A stretch of 64,000 nt of DNA from Azolla caroliniana (lineage: Eukaryota > Plantae > Polypodiophyta), in assembly GCA_043228905.1 (NCBI GenBank), contig JBHGNT010000014.1, positions 1,240,001 to 1,304,000 on the forward strand, in the 5' to 3' direction. This document shows positions 37,850 to 52,000 of this stretch, piece after piece (position 1 is the stretch's first letter; each line of letters opens with the position of its first letter). A model generated the notes under the pieces. It made no database searches and was not told the origin of the DNA. It worked only from the letters and a program-made list of their open reading frames with translations. A program made the translations under genes and the position numbers.

Positions 37850-40087
37850 AGCTTTCCAAAAAAAGCAAGAAAAAAGCAAAAAGAAGAAAGTTCTGCGTTC
37901 TGCGTTCTGCGTTCTGCAGGAAGATTTTTGCTTTCCGTTAACGAAGCCACCTCCTCCTCCGCAGAGATCAGAGATGGAGTTTTAGGGTTTGTTCTTCCTC
38001 TCGCGTTTCTTTTCATTTGGCACGCAGAGAGAAGCATTCAGGTTTTAGGGTTTTAAAGAACGCTGCAGAGAGAGAAGCATTCACGTTTCCTTCCCCCTCC
38101 AGTTGCCATCGCCAAGAAACGCTGCAGCTCCCGTTTCGCCATTACCGATTTGTTCCGATTATGTCTCCCCGATTCATCCTAATCAGCTCCTCGACCTCCG
38201 TTTCTTCATAACCATCCCAGCTCCTCACCCTCACCGCCCCCCCCGTTTCTCCGTATTTGATCCCCGTTTCGGCCCAAGGATTTCGCAGCTTCCGTTTCGC
38301 TTGGATTTCCTGTACTCCAGCGTTTCTTCTTCCCGCACCTCTTTCTTTCTGCTCGCCACGTCTCGTTTCAGGAGGCTCTGAATTGATTTCCCGTCCCTGG
38401 AGCCGAAGAACTCGCTCCGCAGGTCCGATTCTGTGGATTGCTGGTTAATAGCGACTTCTTTTCTTCTTCTATCTTCCCTTGCCACGTTTCATTTCGTTTT
38501 CTCAGCAGCAGAAGGAATAACAGGAGAGAAGAAAATTAAAGAAGACGGTGGTGGATCAACGAAATTAACCCTCAGAAAATTCTTAAAAGAAACATCAAAG
38601 CGTCCTCCTTAGAGATATCCTTCTTCTGTTGATATCAATCAGGATTTTGAGGCAACTTCTGAAGAACAATTTCGTGCACGATTCATCCCTCTTCTTTTCA
38701 GACTATCCAAATTATTTAGCCTACTAATCAGCCTCTGCAAGGCCCGTAATATCGGAAATTTCGCTGCAGATTTCTTCTTCGTCTTATTCTCATCAGATGG
38801 ATCTTTCTTTTAAATCAATCGTAGAAAAGAAAGACACAAACTTCTGAAATCTTATGGCAGATTACGTCTTTTTCTTTGCATGTCGATTCTCCTTTTCAAG
38901 CTGGGAGACGTTACCGAGTTTCCTATTGGTCTTTTCAGCGTAGAAGCATCAGAGTAAAAGGGGACGTCCGTTTCTTTCTTTCTAATTATTTTTGTTTTCG
39001 CTGGAAAAAGCACTAGTAAATAAGGATCACGGTAGAAGAAGACTATTATCTTCAGAAGCCTTCGTTTGCAAGAGGATTGAAATTGAAGTGAATGAAATCA
39101 GATCTCCTTGTCTGATTGCGGAGAGCCGGATAGGCTGGAAGAGACAGCGATCTTTCTCAGGTGATTATTGCTTCCTTTCTTTCCTTTCGAATTTACACTG
39201 TTAGGATTGAAGAAACGCTATCGGTCTATCTACTGATTATTATTTCCTTTTCTTCCCTCTTATCCTTTTCTTCAAAGTTTACGGTCTTTCTCTGCCAGAA
39301 ATATCATCTTTCTCGGTGATCATTGCTTCCTTCCCGTCTTCTTTGTCCTGTTTCCCATCTCTATCGATCCTTTCTTTCAAGATTCTTGGCTAAATTGCTC
39401 CACCTTTCTCCTAGAAATTCCATCCCTTCTAAGGAGATTTCTTACTTTTCCCGTGTTTATTTCTGGTATTGAACCTCTGCTAAAGCATTTGTTTCAAGTT
39501 TTTGGCAAAATTAGTTTTCTCGTTCCACTTATCTTGATTTTCACAATACTCAGACTTGCCTCGAATATGCTCACATATAAAATTGGAGCAGATTTATGAA
39601 CTTCAATATTGCCTTTTCCGTTTACATCCGGTCTGATGTCATAACAAGCTCAAAAAGATTGCTATTTTTGAACTATTGAACTCTTTGGTTCTTCGGAGTT
39701 GCCGAAAATTTCCATCTTCCTTTTTTGATCCCGTTGGACGATTCTTTTTGTTTGCTTCCTCTTAATATACAGAATGTTTCCATCTGTTTTTAAGTTCTCC
39801 AAACTTGCTGGTTCCTTCTAAATCTCCCTCCATGTCTGAGCAGTATCCCTCAATCGATTTCCTCTTTAACTTGCTGATTCTTCCCTCGCAGTGAAAATCT
39901 CTGGTTTTGTTCAACTCTCTAACATGTCAGAATCAAATCTTTCTGTCAGCGTCCCTCTCAAGTCTCTGATTCTTTTAACACTTCCAATGCTTTTTTTGAC
40001 TGACCTCTATGTCAAAAAAGAGTCTTACTTGCTGCTTTTGCCTCTATTTCAGTGAACATTGCTTGCCTCACCCAAGTGTAGCAGACG
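37850..40087 (+). promoter_or_regulatory. Probable promoter and long intron-containing 5' leader of the WNK gene
   Basis: Transposon-free CT-rich stretch with telo-box motifs (tagggttt at about 37983 and 38046), (TTCTGCG)x4 at about 37892, and a splice-acceptor-like tttcag at about 40052. Confidence 0.5.
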
Positions 40088-43000
40088 ATGGAGAGATCAC
40101 AAGATGATGGCACAGATCAAGAACCCCCTGAAGATGCGAAGAATGACGTTTCTGAGTTTGTGGAAGTAGATCCTACTGGAAGATATGGCCGAGTATGGCC
40201 TTTTCAGTCTTTTCAAACGAAAATTGTCCTTTCTGAAATATAACACTCAAAATTTTACACTTGTTAGAAACGTTTTTGGTGTTACATGGAACTATTGAAG
40301 CTATTTTATTGATTGAAAAGCTTAAATCCACAGCTACTGATCAGTTCTTTTGTCAATTTTCTTTGTGCAGTATGATGAAGTTCTAGGAAAGGGAGCATAC
40401 AAAACAGTGTATCCTTTTTCTGGGGAGTCTAATAAAATATTATTCCTATTTCAATTATGATGCATCTGGCAGATGTCTTTCCAGTTAACAAGAAAATTTG
40501 AACAGATACAAGGCATTTGATGATCTGGATGGAATAGAAGTTGCATGGAATCAAGTTAAACTTCAAGACATGGTGCATAAAGGTGGGGACATGGAGCGTC
40601 TGTATTCGGAGTTGCACCTTTTAAAGACATTGAAACACAAAAACATCATAAAATTTTACAATTCGTGGGTAGATACTCGCAACAAGAACGTGAATTTCAT
40701 TACTGAAATTTTCACATCAGGAACATTGAGACAGTAAGTGTCATGGAAAATCTCTGAATTTGACTATTAATGAACTTGAAATCATCCTCTCTTAGATGTT
40801 GACATTGACATTGGTGAACCTTTAGGTTGCTGTTTCTTGGATGTAACTTATTTTTTTGTTGCTTTTAATGAACCTTTAAATCATCATATCTTAGATTTGT
40901 TTTCTTTTTCTATCGATAAAACTTTTCATTGTCATCCCTTTTGATATTTTTTTGCTCTTAATGAACCTCTAAATCATCATCCCTTAGGTGAGTGCAATAT
41001 TTTGAATGATCAGGTACCGAAAGAAGCATAAACATGTGAATTTGAGAGCAATAAAGCACTGGTCCAGGCAAATCTTGCAAGGACTCGTGTATTTGCACAA
41101 TCATAATCCTCCTATTATTCATCGTGATCTGAAATGTGACAATATTTTTATCAATGGGAACAATGGAGAAGTCAAAATCGGGGATCTTGGATTAGCAACT
41201 ATTTTGCGACAAGCCCCTGCTGCACACAGTGTGATTGGTAAGCTAATAATTTAATGATTGAAAGGTTGTAATTTCATGGTTGGTAAGCTATTTGTATGGC
41301 TTACATTATTGTTAAGCTTATAATTTCATGATCGACCAGCTTAAAATTTCGTGATTGATAGGAGTATAAGGTCATGATCCATAAGCTTATAGTTTCACGA
41401 GTCATTGGATATTATATTTGCTACAATGAAGACATGGGTGGCCGGAGGGCTCACTGAGAGAGCTGTATAATTTATGCAGGCACTCCAGAGTTTATGGCCC
41501 CAGAACTCTATGAAGAGCATTATAATGAACTTGTTGACATCTATTCGTTTGGCATGTGTTTGTTGGAGATGCTTACATCTGAGTACCCTTATAGTGAATG
41601 CGCAAATGCTGCACAAATCTATAAGAAGGTTACCGCGGTACTATGTTTAGCTTATATGTCTGCACATGATTTTCTTTAAAACACATTAATTGCTGCTATA
41701 TATGAAGAGTTCCTATATGCTTTGTTTTATAGGGAAAGAGACCAGCAGCATTGAGTAAAGTGAAAGACCCAGAGACTCGAAAATTTGTAGAGAAGTGCCT
41801 AGCCTCAGCACCACAGAGGTTGCATGCTAGAGAGCTTCTTTTCGATCCTTTTCTCCGAAATGATGAGGATTATGAGGTTTCTGAGTCTAGTCATCGTTCA
41901 ACTACTCTAAATCATAATGAAGACATGAAATGTCTAGATCCTGTACCTGAAGAGTCATATCGTAGGTCGTCAGTGCTTGGTGCATCTGCAGAAAAACCAA
42001 GACAAAGTTTGCTAGACAGTCAGAGTATTAAGCTAAAGCAAGGAGGTAGCGAGGAGAATGCAAAGTTTTCTGAGTCTCCACATGCACTTGACTTTTCACA
42101 GTCTAAAGAGGGTGGGAAAAGGAGTAGAGATTTTAGAATCAAAGGAAGAAAGCAAGATGACAAAAAGGTGCTTGTAAGAATTCGAATTACAAGCTCTACT
42201 GGTAAGTCATCACACTACGGCCTTGTCTGTTATTATATGATTTATGCAGAGTCAATGGAGAGAGGAAATTTTTTAGTTAAATCAATTTTGTGCGAGTAAA
42301 TTAGTGAGATTTGAAGTCCCAAATAAAATAATGGTTTACCACTAGGGCAGAGAGGAAGAGGGGTTTGGGGAATGGTATCGATTGAGAATTAAAGCCATTA
42401 ATAAAATTATGGTTTACCACGGGGTAGAGAAGGAGAGGGAGAGAGACCTGAACAAATACAAGACAAAAAAAGAGAGATTTCTGAACAGGTGGAGTCAGAT
42501 ACATTCAGTTTGATTTTGATGTTGAAGTGGACACAGCAATGTCTGTTGCAAGTGAAATGGTGACAGAACTTGAGTTGTCTGATCAAGATGTGACAACTAT
42601 TGCAGACATGATTGATGCTGAAATTTCTTCCCTGATTCCTGATTGGAAACCTAGAATCTTGTTAGATGGGCCAGGGGATAGTGAATCTATGAATGAACAA
42701 CCAGAGCCAATACTTCAGAATTCAAACAACGAACTTGCAACCGATGAAGAAAGCATTCTTCATAGTGATCCCACAATTAGTACCTTGGGCTCAGCTGACG
42801 ATATAGAAGTTGAAGATGTACCTAGAAACGAGGCTTTTAATATGTATGGAAGGTTTGAGGAAGTGGGTTGTGGTCAGAATGAATCAGATCTCAATCATAA
42901 AGAGCAAGATGGGTCTGGATTTCTTAGTGATTATTCTTCTGAACCACATGAAGGCGGCGGATCAGATACTTCCCTAGAGGTTAGCCTTGATAATAGATCA

Positions 43001-43975
43001 AGTGCTATCTTGACATCCCAGATGTTAGAGGAGATCAGAAATGATCCGCGTCCATCCTCTACAGCCATGAAGGCTTCTGGACATGAAGAGAATGGAGATA
43101 TAAGTTCACAATGCATTCCTTCCTTGGTTTCTCAATGTGAAACTGACAATGATGATGATTCTGAGGTCTTAAAGTTTCTTATTATGCAGCATGAACGAGA
43201 ACTTCGTTTACTTCAGTCCAAGCATGAACAAGCACTGCTTGACTTCAAGGCACAAAGAAGAGAGGCTTCAAAAGTAGCAAGTACATGTATTCTGGAAGGG
43301 AAACCATCTCTTGCATTGTTTGATGCTTCCACAGAGACATTGAACTCTATGAATGGAAATTATGAGTATTGTAACAAAGAAGATTGTGAAAGAAACACTG
43401 AAGTTTCAGAAAATTCAAATTTCAACAGCATCACTCCAATAGGCACACCAGATTCAATTATAAGTACGTCAGAAAGTGAATTATTATTATCTACTGAACA
43501 GGCCGAGAACTCTTCAGTAATGGGCATCGATCCTGGAAGCTCACATATCCTATCAACTGGAGGAGGTAGTCTTTCCAAAATCACAAGAGAGCAGGAAGCA
43601 ATAGTAGCCATGAAAGATATGCCTATCCAAGAGACTGTGAAACCATCAATGCCACTGTTAACTAAGCGTGAATCATACCTAGAGTTATACAAGGGTCAAT
43701 CAAACCAGAGGGATAAGCCAGTAAGCCCTAAACCATCCGAGGTTCCATGTACAAGTGATGGAATTTCTGAAGAACAACTAAAAAAGCAACAACTTCAGAA
43801 ATCAATTGCCGAATTAGAAGCAAAAACTCTCGAAGGGTTGTTACAATCCAAAAGCAAATACACAACAGCCAATGCTCCGAAAAACAACGCCAATACTATT
43901 GTACAGAATGGCCAAGGAAGTTCTTCAGGAGCAAATGGAAGACAATCAACTGCACAAGAGACGACAAAAGTATGA
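40088..43975 (+). CDS. WNK: WNK (With-No-Lysine) serine/threonine kinase, 7 exons, about 902 aa
   Basis: Exons 40088-40192, 40371-40408, 40506-40733, 41014-41237, 41480-41637, 41733-42201 and 42489-43975 total 2709 nt in frame. Motifs: [49 protein letters not shown], and an autoinhibitory-like [20 protein letters not shown]. Confidence 0.95.
40409..40505 (+). other. U12-type (minor spliceosome) GT-AG intron
   Basis: 5' site GTATCCTTTT, branch-like TTCCAGTTAAC shortly upstream of the AG, and no polypyrimidine tract. Confidence 0.85.
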
Positions 43976-44584
43976 TAAAAGCCTCTTCACATTTAATTGT
44001 CGAAGCTTGTATATTGTTTCAGGTTCCATGTCTTGGCTCAAAGTTCTTGTTCAAGGTTCATGTTTTCCTCCAAGAACATTCATTACCCCGCTCAAAGTTT
44101 GTATGCGGTTCAAGGTTATATATCTTGCTCAAAGCTCATATCTTACTCAAACGTCCATTACCTTGGTCAAATTTGGTTGGTTATCTTGCTCATAAAGTAC
44201 ATATTTTGCTCAACGTTTTATATACCCGTAGGCAGATTCATCAGTCTATTGGGTGAGTGTCCATATTAAATTCAGGCTATGTATGTACATATACTTGGGA
44301 AGATATACTTTGTTTGTGATGCAGTTGCAAAAAAGAAAGCTTCATAGATATCTGCGTTTTGGAGGCATGGAAGAGCAATGATGTTTGGGTTCATCTGCCC
44401 TTTTTGTAGCTATAGGTTATACAGCTGCCTTAAAATATACAAATGGATTCCACATGTGACCTGTGGTATGTACATCAATTTAAATGAAATTAAATTTTTC
44501 TATGTACAAAATACAATTATTTTGTTCCTTTTTCTTGTTGTTTCTTTGTTCATAGCCAGTTTGATTCATGGATGATAATCATAT

Positions 44585-44910
44585 CTATCTATATATATAT
44601 ATATATATAAAATATACATATAGACATACATGCAACAGCATCCATACATACATACATGCACACTCGTTTTTCGATTTGTCTAGAGTAGAAGAGCAGCTCA
44701 TCAAAAATATTGAGAAAATGGTAATCCTCTATTTGTGCGTGCATGCATATATGTATGCATGTATGTATGGATGCATGCACGGATGTATGTACATGCATTC
44801 ATATGCATACATGTACATATACATGCATCAACATGCATACAATGTCCACGTGTTAGTGCATGCATGGACATATGTACACAGGTGCATGCATGCATGTAGG
44901 TATGCACAGA
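44585..44910. repeat. Low-complexity (TA/CATA/TGCA)n region
   Basis: Alternating purine-pyrimidine degenerate microsatellite. Confidence 0.8.
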
Positions 44911-45874
44911 TAGAGCGTTGAGGATTGCCATCTCAATAATTTTGATATGAGATGCGTTTCTTTTCTAGACAAATCTAAATATGAGACAGACTTTGATTTC
45001 ATTGTGTTGTGTTTTTTTGTCTATCCATTGGTCTACACACTTATTTCTTATGGGGTGTTTGTGTTTAACTAATGTGAAGAAACTAAAGAAATGTGAACAG
45101 GTTTGAATCTCCCTTCATATGTGTATTGACATAACTAAAACAATATCGACATGTCCAAACAAACAAAAGATAAACAAAAGAATGTTAAATCAAATCAATC
45201 AATGTGTGTGTACATGCCATGAAGTGTCTAAAAACACACACATAGTATGCCTTATATCATACTGATGATAAAAAATCACATGCTCACTAGCTAGAGTTCT
45301 TGTGAACCTTACATCAAATACTTTGCTTGGTCATTCATTGCTCTTCTATTTTTCGCAGAGTACATCACATGGTGTTGTAGTTCAATTAAGTGGTATAGTT
45401 CGGGAATTGTCAAATTTTCAATTGTTTTTTATGTCAAGCCTTTTCATAGTTTACATTTGCTTAACAATAAGCCCACTCCATGTGTTGTGTATGTTTTTGG
45501 GTGTCGAATTTATCACCCGATTACATTTGATAGAAATAGATCATCCATCATGCATGATTTCATTGTCTTTATCTATGGTGTAATATATCAAGTAATGTCA
45601 ATTGACTGGGCTATCAACTGATGAGACTAGATTTCAAATCTCCCCAACTACTATCACATCTTCTTTCCTAAATGGTATAGTATGAAATAAAAGATGTAAG
45701 AGATTACAAAAATATAGAACACTCACTCAATTACAAAGAAGAAGAAAAAACCATACAAATCTTGTAAGATGCTACGTTGTTGCATCTAAAACCTCTTCCA
45801 TATGTGATTGAGATTCTTCGTGTTAAGCTTTAATTGGTAGATATTTTCTTTAAGGCCGAACACTTTTTAAGCGT

Positions 45875-46197
45875 GTTTTGTGTATGAATGTCTAGAAATG
45901 TATGTATGCATATGTATGTATGTATGTATGTATGTACGTATGCGTATATATGTATGAATGCATGAACATGTGTGTAGTGTAAGTATGTACATGTATGATA
46001 AATGATCGTAAGAATGCATGTGTGTGAGTGTGTGTATGAATGAAGGATACTCTTGGTTGTATGAGTGTATCTGTATGAATAAATGATTGTGTGAATGTGT
46101 ATGTACGTATGTGTACCTATTTATGAATAAACCTGTGTATGAATGTGTATGTATGCATAAATCAATCTATGTATGAATGTATGTTTACCTATATATA
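45875..46197. repeat. Low-complexity (TATG/TGAA)n region
   Basis: Degenerate tetranucleotide repeats. Confidence 0.8.
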
Positions 46198-46383
46198 TGA
46201 AAAGAATTAGATGCGGAAGCTCTTGAACAACATACACAGTTGGTTCAACCGAACACCAGAAGACAATTAGGTATACATAGAGAGTGAGAGCAAGAAAGAT
46301 ATATTAACGTCTTCTAAGGCCAAATTTGGCCCATGAGACAATCAAAGAGAGAGTTTGAGTAGGGCATACACAGAGTTAGGTAT

Positions 46384-46455
<72 letters not shown>

Positions 46456-46845
46456 AGACAACAAGTAAACTATATTTCAAAAAATGACTCAATACATACA
46501 ACTGCGCTCAGTGAGCACTTTTATACAAGCCCTGACAGCGGGTTGACATAAGTACTATTAGTACTTTAATGCTTATAAATGAGCTCTGACAATATCTGAA
46601 CATAATATCCCTAATACTATGTTCGGCCCTAACGGCTCTGTAAGCTTGTCGGCTTCTTCAGCCGATTAGCATTCAGCTTCTCTAGACGATCCTCCTCAAC
46701 CGACTTGGTTGTCGACTTCTTCAGCTGATCCTCCCTATTGGCCTTTAGTTGATCCGGCTCATGTTGAGCTTGTCTCTCAACACTCCCCCTTAAACTCAAC
46801 TTGAGGTTCCTTATCAGATTCAGCTAGTCCACCGCTCCAGCCAAC
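46198..46845 (-). mobile_element. 3' LTR (about 46198-46782) plus PPT of a D-related Copia, truncated; contains (GA)n
   Basis: tgcggaagct, gcacttttatacaag and tgttgagcttgt..caacactccccct are shared with the D 3' LTR and PPT. Confidence 0.75.
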
Positions 46846-46849
46846 TAAA

Positions 46850-47643
46850 AATGGATAGTGGATTCGCAAAGCACTTTTTAAGTAACATGGGGGTCAAGCA
46901 AGGATGTCCACTATCACCCACACTTTTTGGCTTATGTATTGATAAATTAGAAGAAGTGTAAATAAGGTTGCAAGAGAAGAAGGATTGAATGCTCCCAAAT
47001 TGATGCAACATGTTATCTTATTGCTTGTATATGCTGATGATGTGGTACTCTTCTCATATGATGTTGATAGTATGCAAAATTTACTTGGGGTATTAGAAGA
47101 ATTTTGCCATAGTAGTGGACTAGCAGTGAATGTGGAGAAAACAAAAATGATGGTAGTGCAAACCATCCAACCTCATCATTACCCTATGCTCACATATAGA
47201 GGTGAACATATACAATTTGTTCAAAGCTTTAAATATCTTGGTATTGATGTACCTGCCACAAATAAATGGATGCATGCTTTGATTCTAGGCTCCAAGCCGG
47301 TTGGAAATCGTATTACCATCTAGAGAACCAATGCAACCAAAGTGATACTTGTGGATGGGAAGTAAAACTAATGTTGTTGAATGCCATGGTAACTCAAGTA
47401 TTGCTTTATGGAGTAGAAGTATGGGGTGGCACCATCTCTCTTAATGCATGGAATGAGATTGAGAAAATTCAAAAGATGTTTTTAAGGAGGGAATTAGGAG
47501 TTAAATGCACTACCTCTTACCAAGTTATGCTCTTGGAAACATGTGTTCGATCCATAGAACTATTGGCACTCCAAAAAGTATATAAATACATTGAAAAAGT
47601 CAAGAATATGAGGAATCATCGATTACCACATCTTGCTTGGAAT
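46850..47643 (+). mobile_element. LINE RT fragment (RTE/L2-like)
   Basis: GVKQGCPLSPTLFGL, LLVYADDVVL, LAVNVEKTKMM, FKYLG and LLYGVEVWG. Confidence 0.85.
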
Positions 47644-49077
47644 TGTTGAGATACAAGCTCAACATTGGTCAGATTGGTGCGCAAACCGGTGTGCAACAAG
47701 AGGCCGTATCGGTGCGGAAATCGGGAGGCCGTTGAACAGATATTCCGCGAGGGAATATATTTGGGAGTTAGTGTAGGAACTCAGTTATGAGCATTGAAGT
47801 ACGTGTTAGTACTTTTGTCAGTTCGTATGGACTTGTAAAAAAGTGCTCTCTGAGCACATCCTACGTAAAGAGTTTTACACATTATTTTGAATTTAGTTTT
47901 TCTGTATGTTTACTCCCTCTCTATCTCTCCCGTGTTCATTGTGTCTTAAGCTCTCCATTAAACCTTTTTTTCCCTGTTGGTATTCTGTGTTTCATATAGC
48001 TTCTGCACGTAACATTTCACATGGTATCAGAGCACGAGGGTTGAGAACCTCTGCAGCCGACTTCAGGTCGAAACAACAGAAAGAAGAAAAATGGATAGAG
48101 GTATGGCTAGTTCACTTCCAACTGAGAAGCTCGACAGAAGTTACTATGCATCTTGGTCATACAAGATGCACCAGTACCTGCTTAGACATGGATACTGGAG
48201 CTCTGTCGATGGAGCGAACGATGCGGCACCCGAATCGACACACAGAGACTTTCCGGCCTGGGCACAGTCGGCGAGCAGAGTTCTCTACTGCATCGCGTCC
48301 TGTTTGAGCGAACAACTCTTGAGCTACATTCAGGATGCAAGAACACCGAAGGATGCTTGGGGAAATCTAAAAAAGATTTTCGCCGCAAGCACCACAACTA
48401 CGAATCTCCAACTCCGACAGGAGTTGAGCAATGTGCGTCAACGCGACACGAGGGTGGTTGACTACACCTCCAAGATAAAGGATATCTGTGACTCCCTCGC
48501 CTTCATTGATGTGAACATTGAGGAGGGCGAAATGGTGCAGATCTTCCTTAGAGGATTGACGTCAAAGTTCGGAGCATTCCGAACTGCTATTTGTACAAGG
48601 GAGAATACGTCGTCGTTTTGTCGACTTGGAGTCGATGCTCCTTGTAGAGGAGAATCACGCGGGTGCGTCGATGAGTACACACGCCGATAGCAAGATGTTG
48701 TACATGGAGGAAGATAGGCCCTGTGGTCATGGCGGACGAGGTGAGTCGGCACGCAATGGAGGCGGCCGACGGGAGCAAGGAAGAAGGCATCGTGGTAATG
48801 CCAACAACAATTCCGGACCCTTCGAAATCAGGGGGAGTCGAGGAGGCGATGAGAACCGGCAAGGGAAACACGCCACGGAATGCTGGTATTGTGGCAAGAA
48901 AGGCCACAAGGAGAGCGAGTGCTAGAAGAAGCGCGCCGATTCGGAGAAAATTGGATCCGGATCCGGACCAACCGAACAATGAAATTGGCAGCAGACGCAC
49001 TACGCCGAAGGACCCGAAAAAGTCGGAAAGGGGGCAACCTTCATGACAAGACACGAAGCGAACTCGATGAAGAAGAC
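47644..49077 (+). mobile_element. 5' part of a second D-family Copia (LTR, PBS, gag)
   Basis: LTR 47644-48021 is similar to the D LTR; PBS tggtatcagagc at 48022-48033; gag 48091-49070 with CWYCGKKGHKESEC. Confidence 0.9.
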
Positions 49078-52000
49078 TGTAACGGAATGAGAGGCAAGAG
49101 TGATTGCAATGCATCGGAAGAAGATTGAGAGAGAATGTGTGTGTGAGGCAATAGAGGGAGAGAGAGAGAGAGAGAGAGCTCTTTAGGCAGAGATAGAAAA
49201 ACTGTATATTAACCAAAAATACATCAAACATAAAACATCCAACAGTAACTAAGTTACAATGCGTTGGTTTATATAGCAATTAAGCTAGGGCAAGTGCCCT
49301 TTCTATTATTTACAAAACTAGCCCAACATGTCCATGAGCTAATGTGAAACCTATCTATGGGAAGTTAGAGTTTGACTCTCAACATGCCCCTTCGAACACA
49401 ACTTCTATCTGCCGAGAAGGTTGTTTGGTTCGTACTTCGACTTGTCTAGTCGGTCGTGTTGCGTACTCGCGTACTCGATCAATTGCGTATGTGTTGCGTA
49501 TCATTGCGTATTGCTTCCATGTCGCTTGTACCTGTACTCCCCCTCAAGTTTGGCAATGTAGATGTTGTGAGACCAAGGTCCGATGCAAATTGCCCGAGCT
49601 TGTCGACTCCTAAGACCTTCGTAAATATATCAACAACTTGGAGGTGCGTACTGGTATGTTGTAGATCGATCTTGCTGGCTTGTACGCGCTCTCGGATGAA
49701 GTGGTAATGCACTTCGATATGTTTAGTCCGTGCATGAAATATGAGGTTCTGCGCCAGGTAGATACCACTCATGTTGTCGCAGTAGAGACGAATTGGATCC
49801 TTGATGGGAACACCAAGATCCTTTAGTATGCGTTTAAGCCATACGACTTCGCATGCGACGACTGTTGCGCCCCTATATTTGGCTTCCGTGCTCGACAGTA
49901 TGACTGTCGGCTGTTTCTTGTTGCTCCAAGAGATTGCTCTGCTGCCGAGGGAGAAGACAAATTCGGAGGTGGATTGTCTATCTACTTTATAGCCTACCCA
50001 GTCCATGTCGGTGTACCCTTCGAGTAATAGTTGTGTTCGACTTATATATGATGTCGTAAGCCATTGTCGTACTGGCATACCGTAGTATCCTCTTAGCACA
50101 ATCAAGATGAAGATTTCGTGGATTCTGCATGAATTGGCTAAGTAGGCCGACTGAATAACTGAGGTTGGGTCACGTAATGGTTAGATAGATCAAACTACCG
50201 ATCAATTGTCGATACTGAGTCAACTTGCTCTCAGCGGTTCCGGAATTGGCATCAATCTTTAGGTTACGATCGAGAGGGGTAGACACATGCTTGCACTCGG
50301 TCATTCCGAACTTGTAGAGTAAGTTAAGGACGTAGTGCCGTTGTGAGATCATTATCCCGACTGGTGTCCGAATTACTTCAATGCCTAGGAAGTAATGGAG
50401 TTCCTGCAGGTCTTTCATTTCGAATCTGCCGGAGAGAAGTGTTTTGACTTTGTTGATCTCGGCGAGATCCTTTCCTCCGATGAACAAGTCATCCACGTAT
50501 AAGATGATGATGATCGGGCTATTCGACTCATTTCGGATGTACAAAGAAGTATCAGATTTTGACATCCAAAATCCGACTTGATGAAGATACTGCGTGATCT
50601 TCGAATGCCAAGCATGCGGTGCTTGTTTGAAGCCGTAGAGTGGCTTCTTGAGTCGGCATACGGTGTGCGGATGTTTACGCGATTCGAATCCGGGTGGTTG
50701 TATCATGTACACCTCTTCTTCTAACTCTCCTTGGAGGAAAGCATTTTTCACGTCCATCTGGTGGAGGTGCCATCCCTTCGCTGCGGCGAGTGCAATTATT
50801 GTCCTTATAGTTGTAGTATTTGCCACTGGGGCAAAGGTTTCTTCGTAGTCTATGCCGTGCATTTGCGCGTAGACTTTTGCAACGAGTCGTGCTTTGAAGT
50901 GATTTACGGATCCGTCGGCATTGTATTTTACTTTGTATATCCATCTGCAACTAATCGCTTTCTTGTTCAGGGGGAGAGGAATGAGATCCCATGTCTCGTT
51001 TTTGCATAAAGCTTCCATCTCCTCATTTATCCCATTGACCCATCGCGGATCCTTTGAGGCTTCGGAAAGCGTTTCCGGTTCCCGTACTGACGTTACTTTC
51101 ATCATAAAAGCGTAATGATACGCCATGTACTCGTCGTAGCCGTAGCGGTTTATAGGGTTCTTTTCACATGTGGATCAACGTAGCTCTCGATCCGTGGGGA
51201 GTATGGCTTTCTTCGCTCCATCTATGCAAATGTAGAGATCTTCAAATTCATTGTCAAGAGAGTAAAGCATATTGGTCTCTTCCTGATCTTCATATTCCCG
51301 CATTTTCGCCTTCCCTTTGTCCAGCTTTAGACTCGGCCAAGATGTGCTTTCATCACTTGACGGCTTTGATGGCCCACTCAACCGTAATTGGGTTGTCTTC
51401 TAACATCTGTGTGAGCCGATCCTCAGCTTCTATTTCTATTTGAGTGTCATCCGCGTCGAGCGGGATTGGAGTCGAAGAGTTCTCTGGTGCGTACCAGGAT
51501 GCGTATTCGTCGAAGACTACGTCTTGACTTGTTCGAACCTTATGGGTAGATGGGTTGTAGCATTTGTACCCCTTCTGATCGAGCGAGTATCCTACGAGGA
51601 TACATTTCTCTGACTTTCGGTCGAGCTTTTGTTGCATATCGTCGGGAATATGTACATAGGAGATAGAACCGAAAATGTGGACATGTGACAAGTTCAGCTT
51701 CTTTCCGAAGAACTTCTCATACGGAGTTATATCGTGTACTCCCGAGGTTGTGCACCTATTCATGAGATATATGGCCATATTTGCCGCTTCTACCCAATAT
51801 GATTTCGGCAGGTTCTTCTCGTTCATCATGGCTCGTGCGACTTCTACTACATGACGAATTTTACGCTCTGCTACACCGTTTTGCTGAGCCGTGTGTCGAC
51901 ACAAGAACTCTTGTCGAATTCCTTCTTTTCAGAGATACGCCGTAAATTCATCCGAAAAATATTCTTTGCCTCCATCTGATCGAAGATAGCGTACATGCCG

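Noticed and set aside
37980-38056. Interstitial telomere repeats
   Set aside because: Isolated single TTTAGGG(TTT) units, better read as telo-boxes.
44568-44931. His/Met/Tyr/Cys-rich ORFs (also 4592-4903)
   Set aside because: Translations of (TA/CA/TG)n low-complexity DNA.
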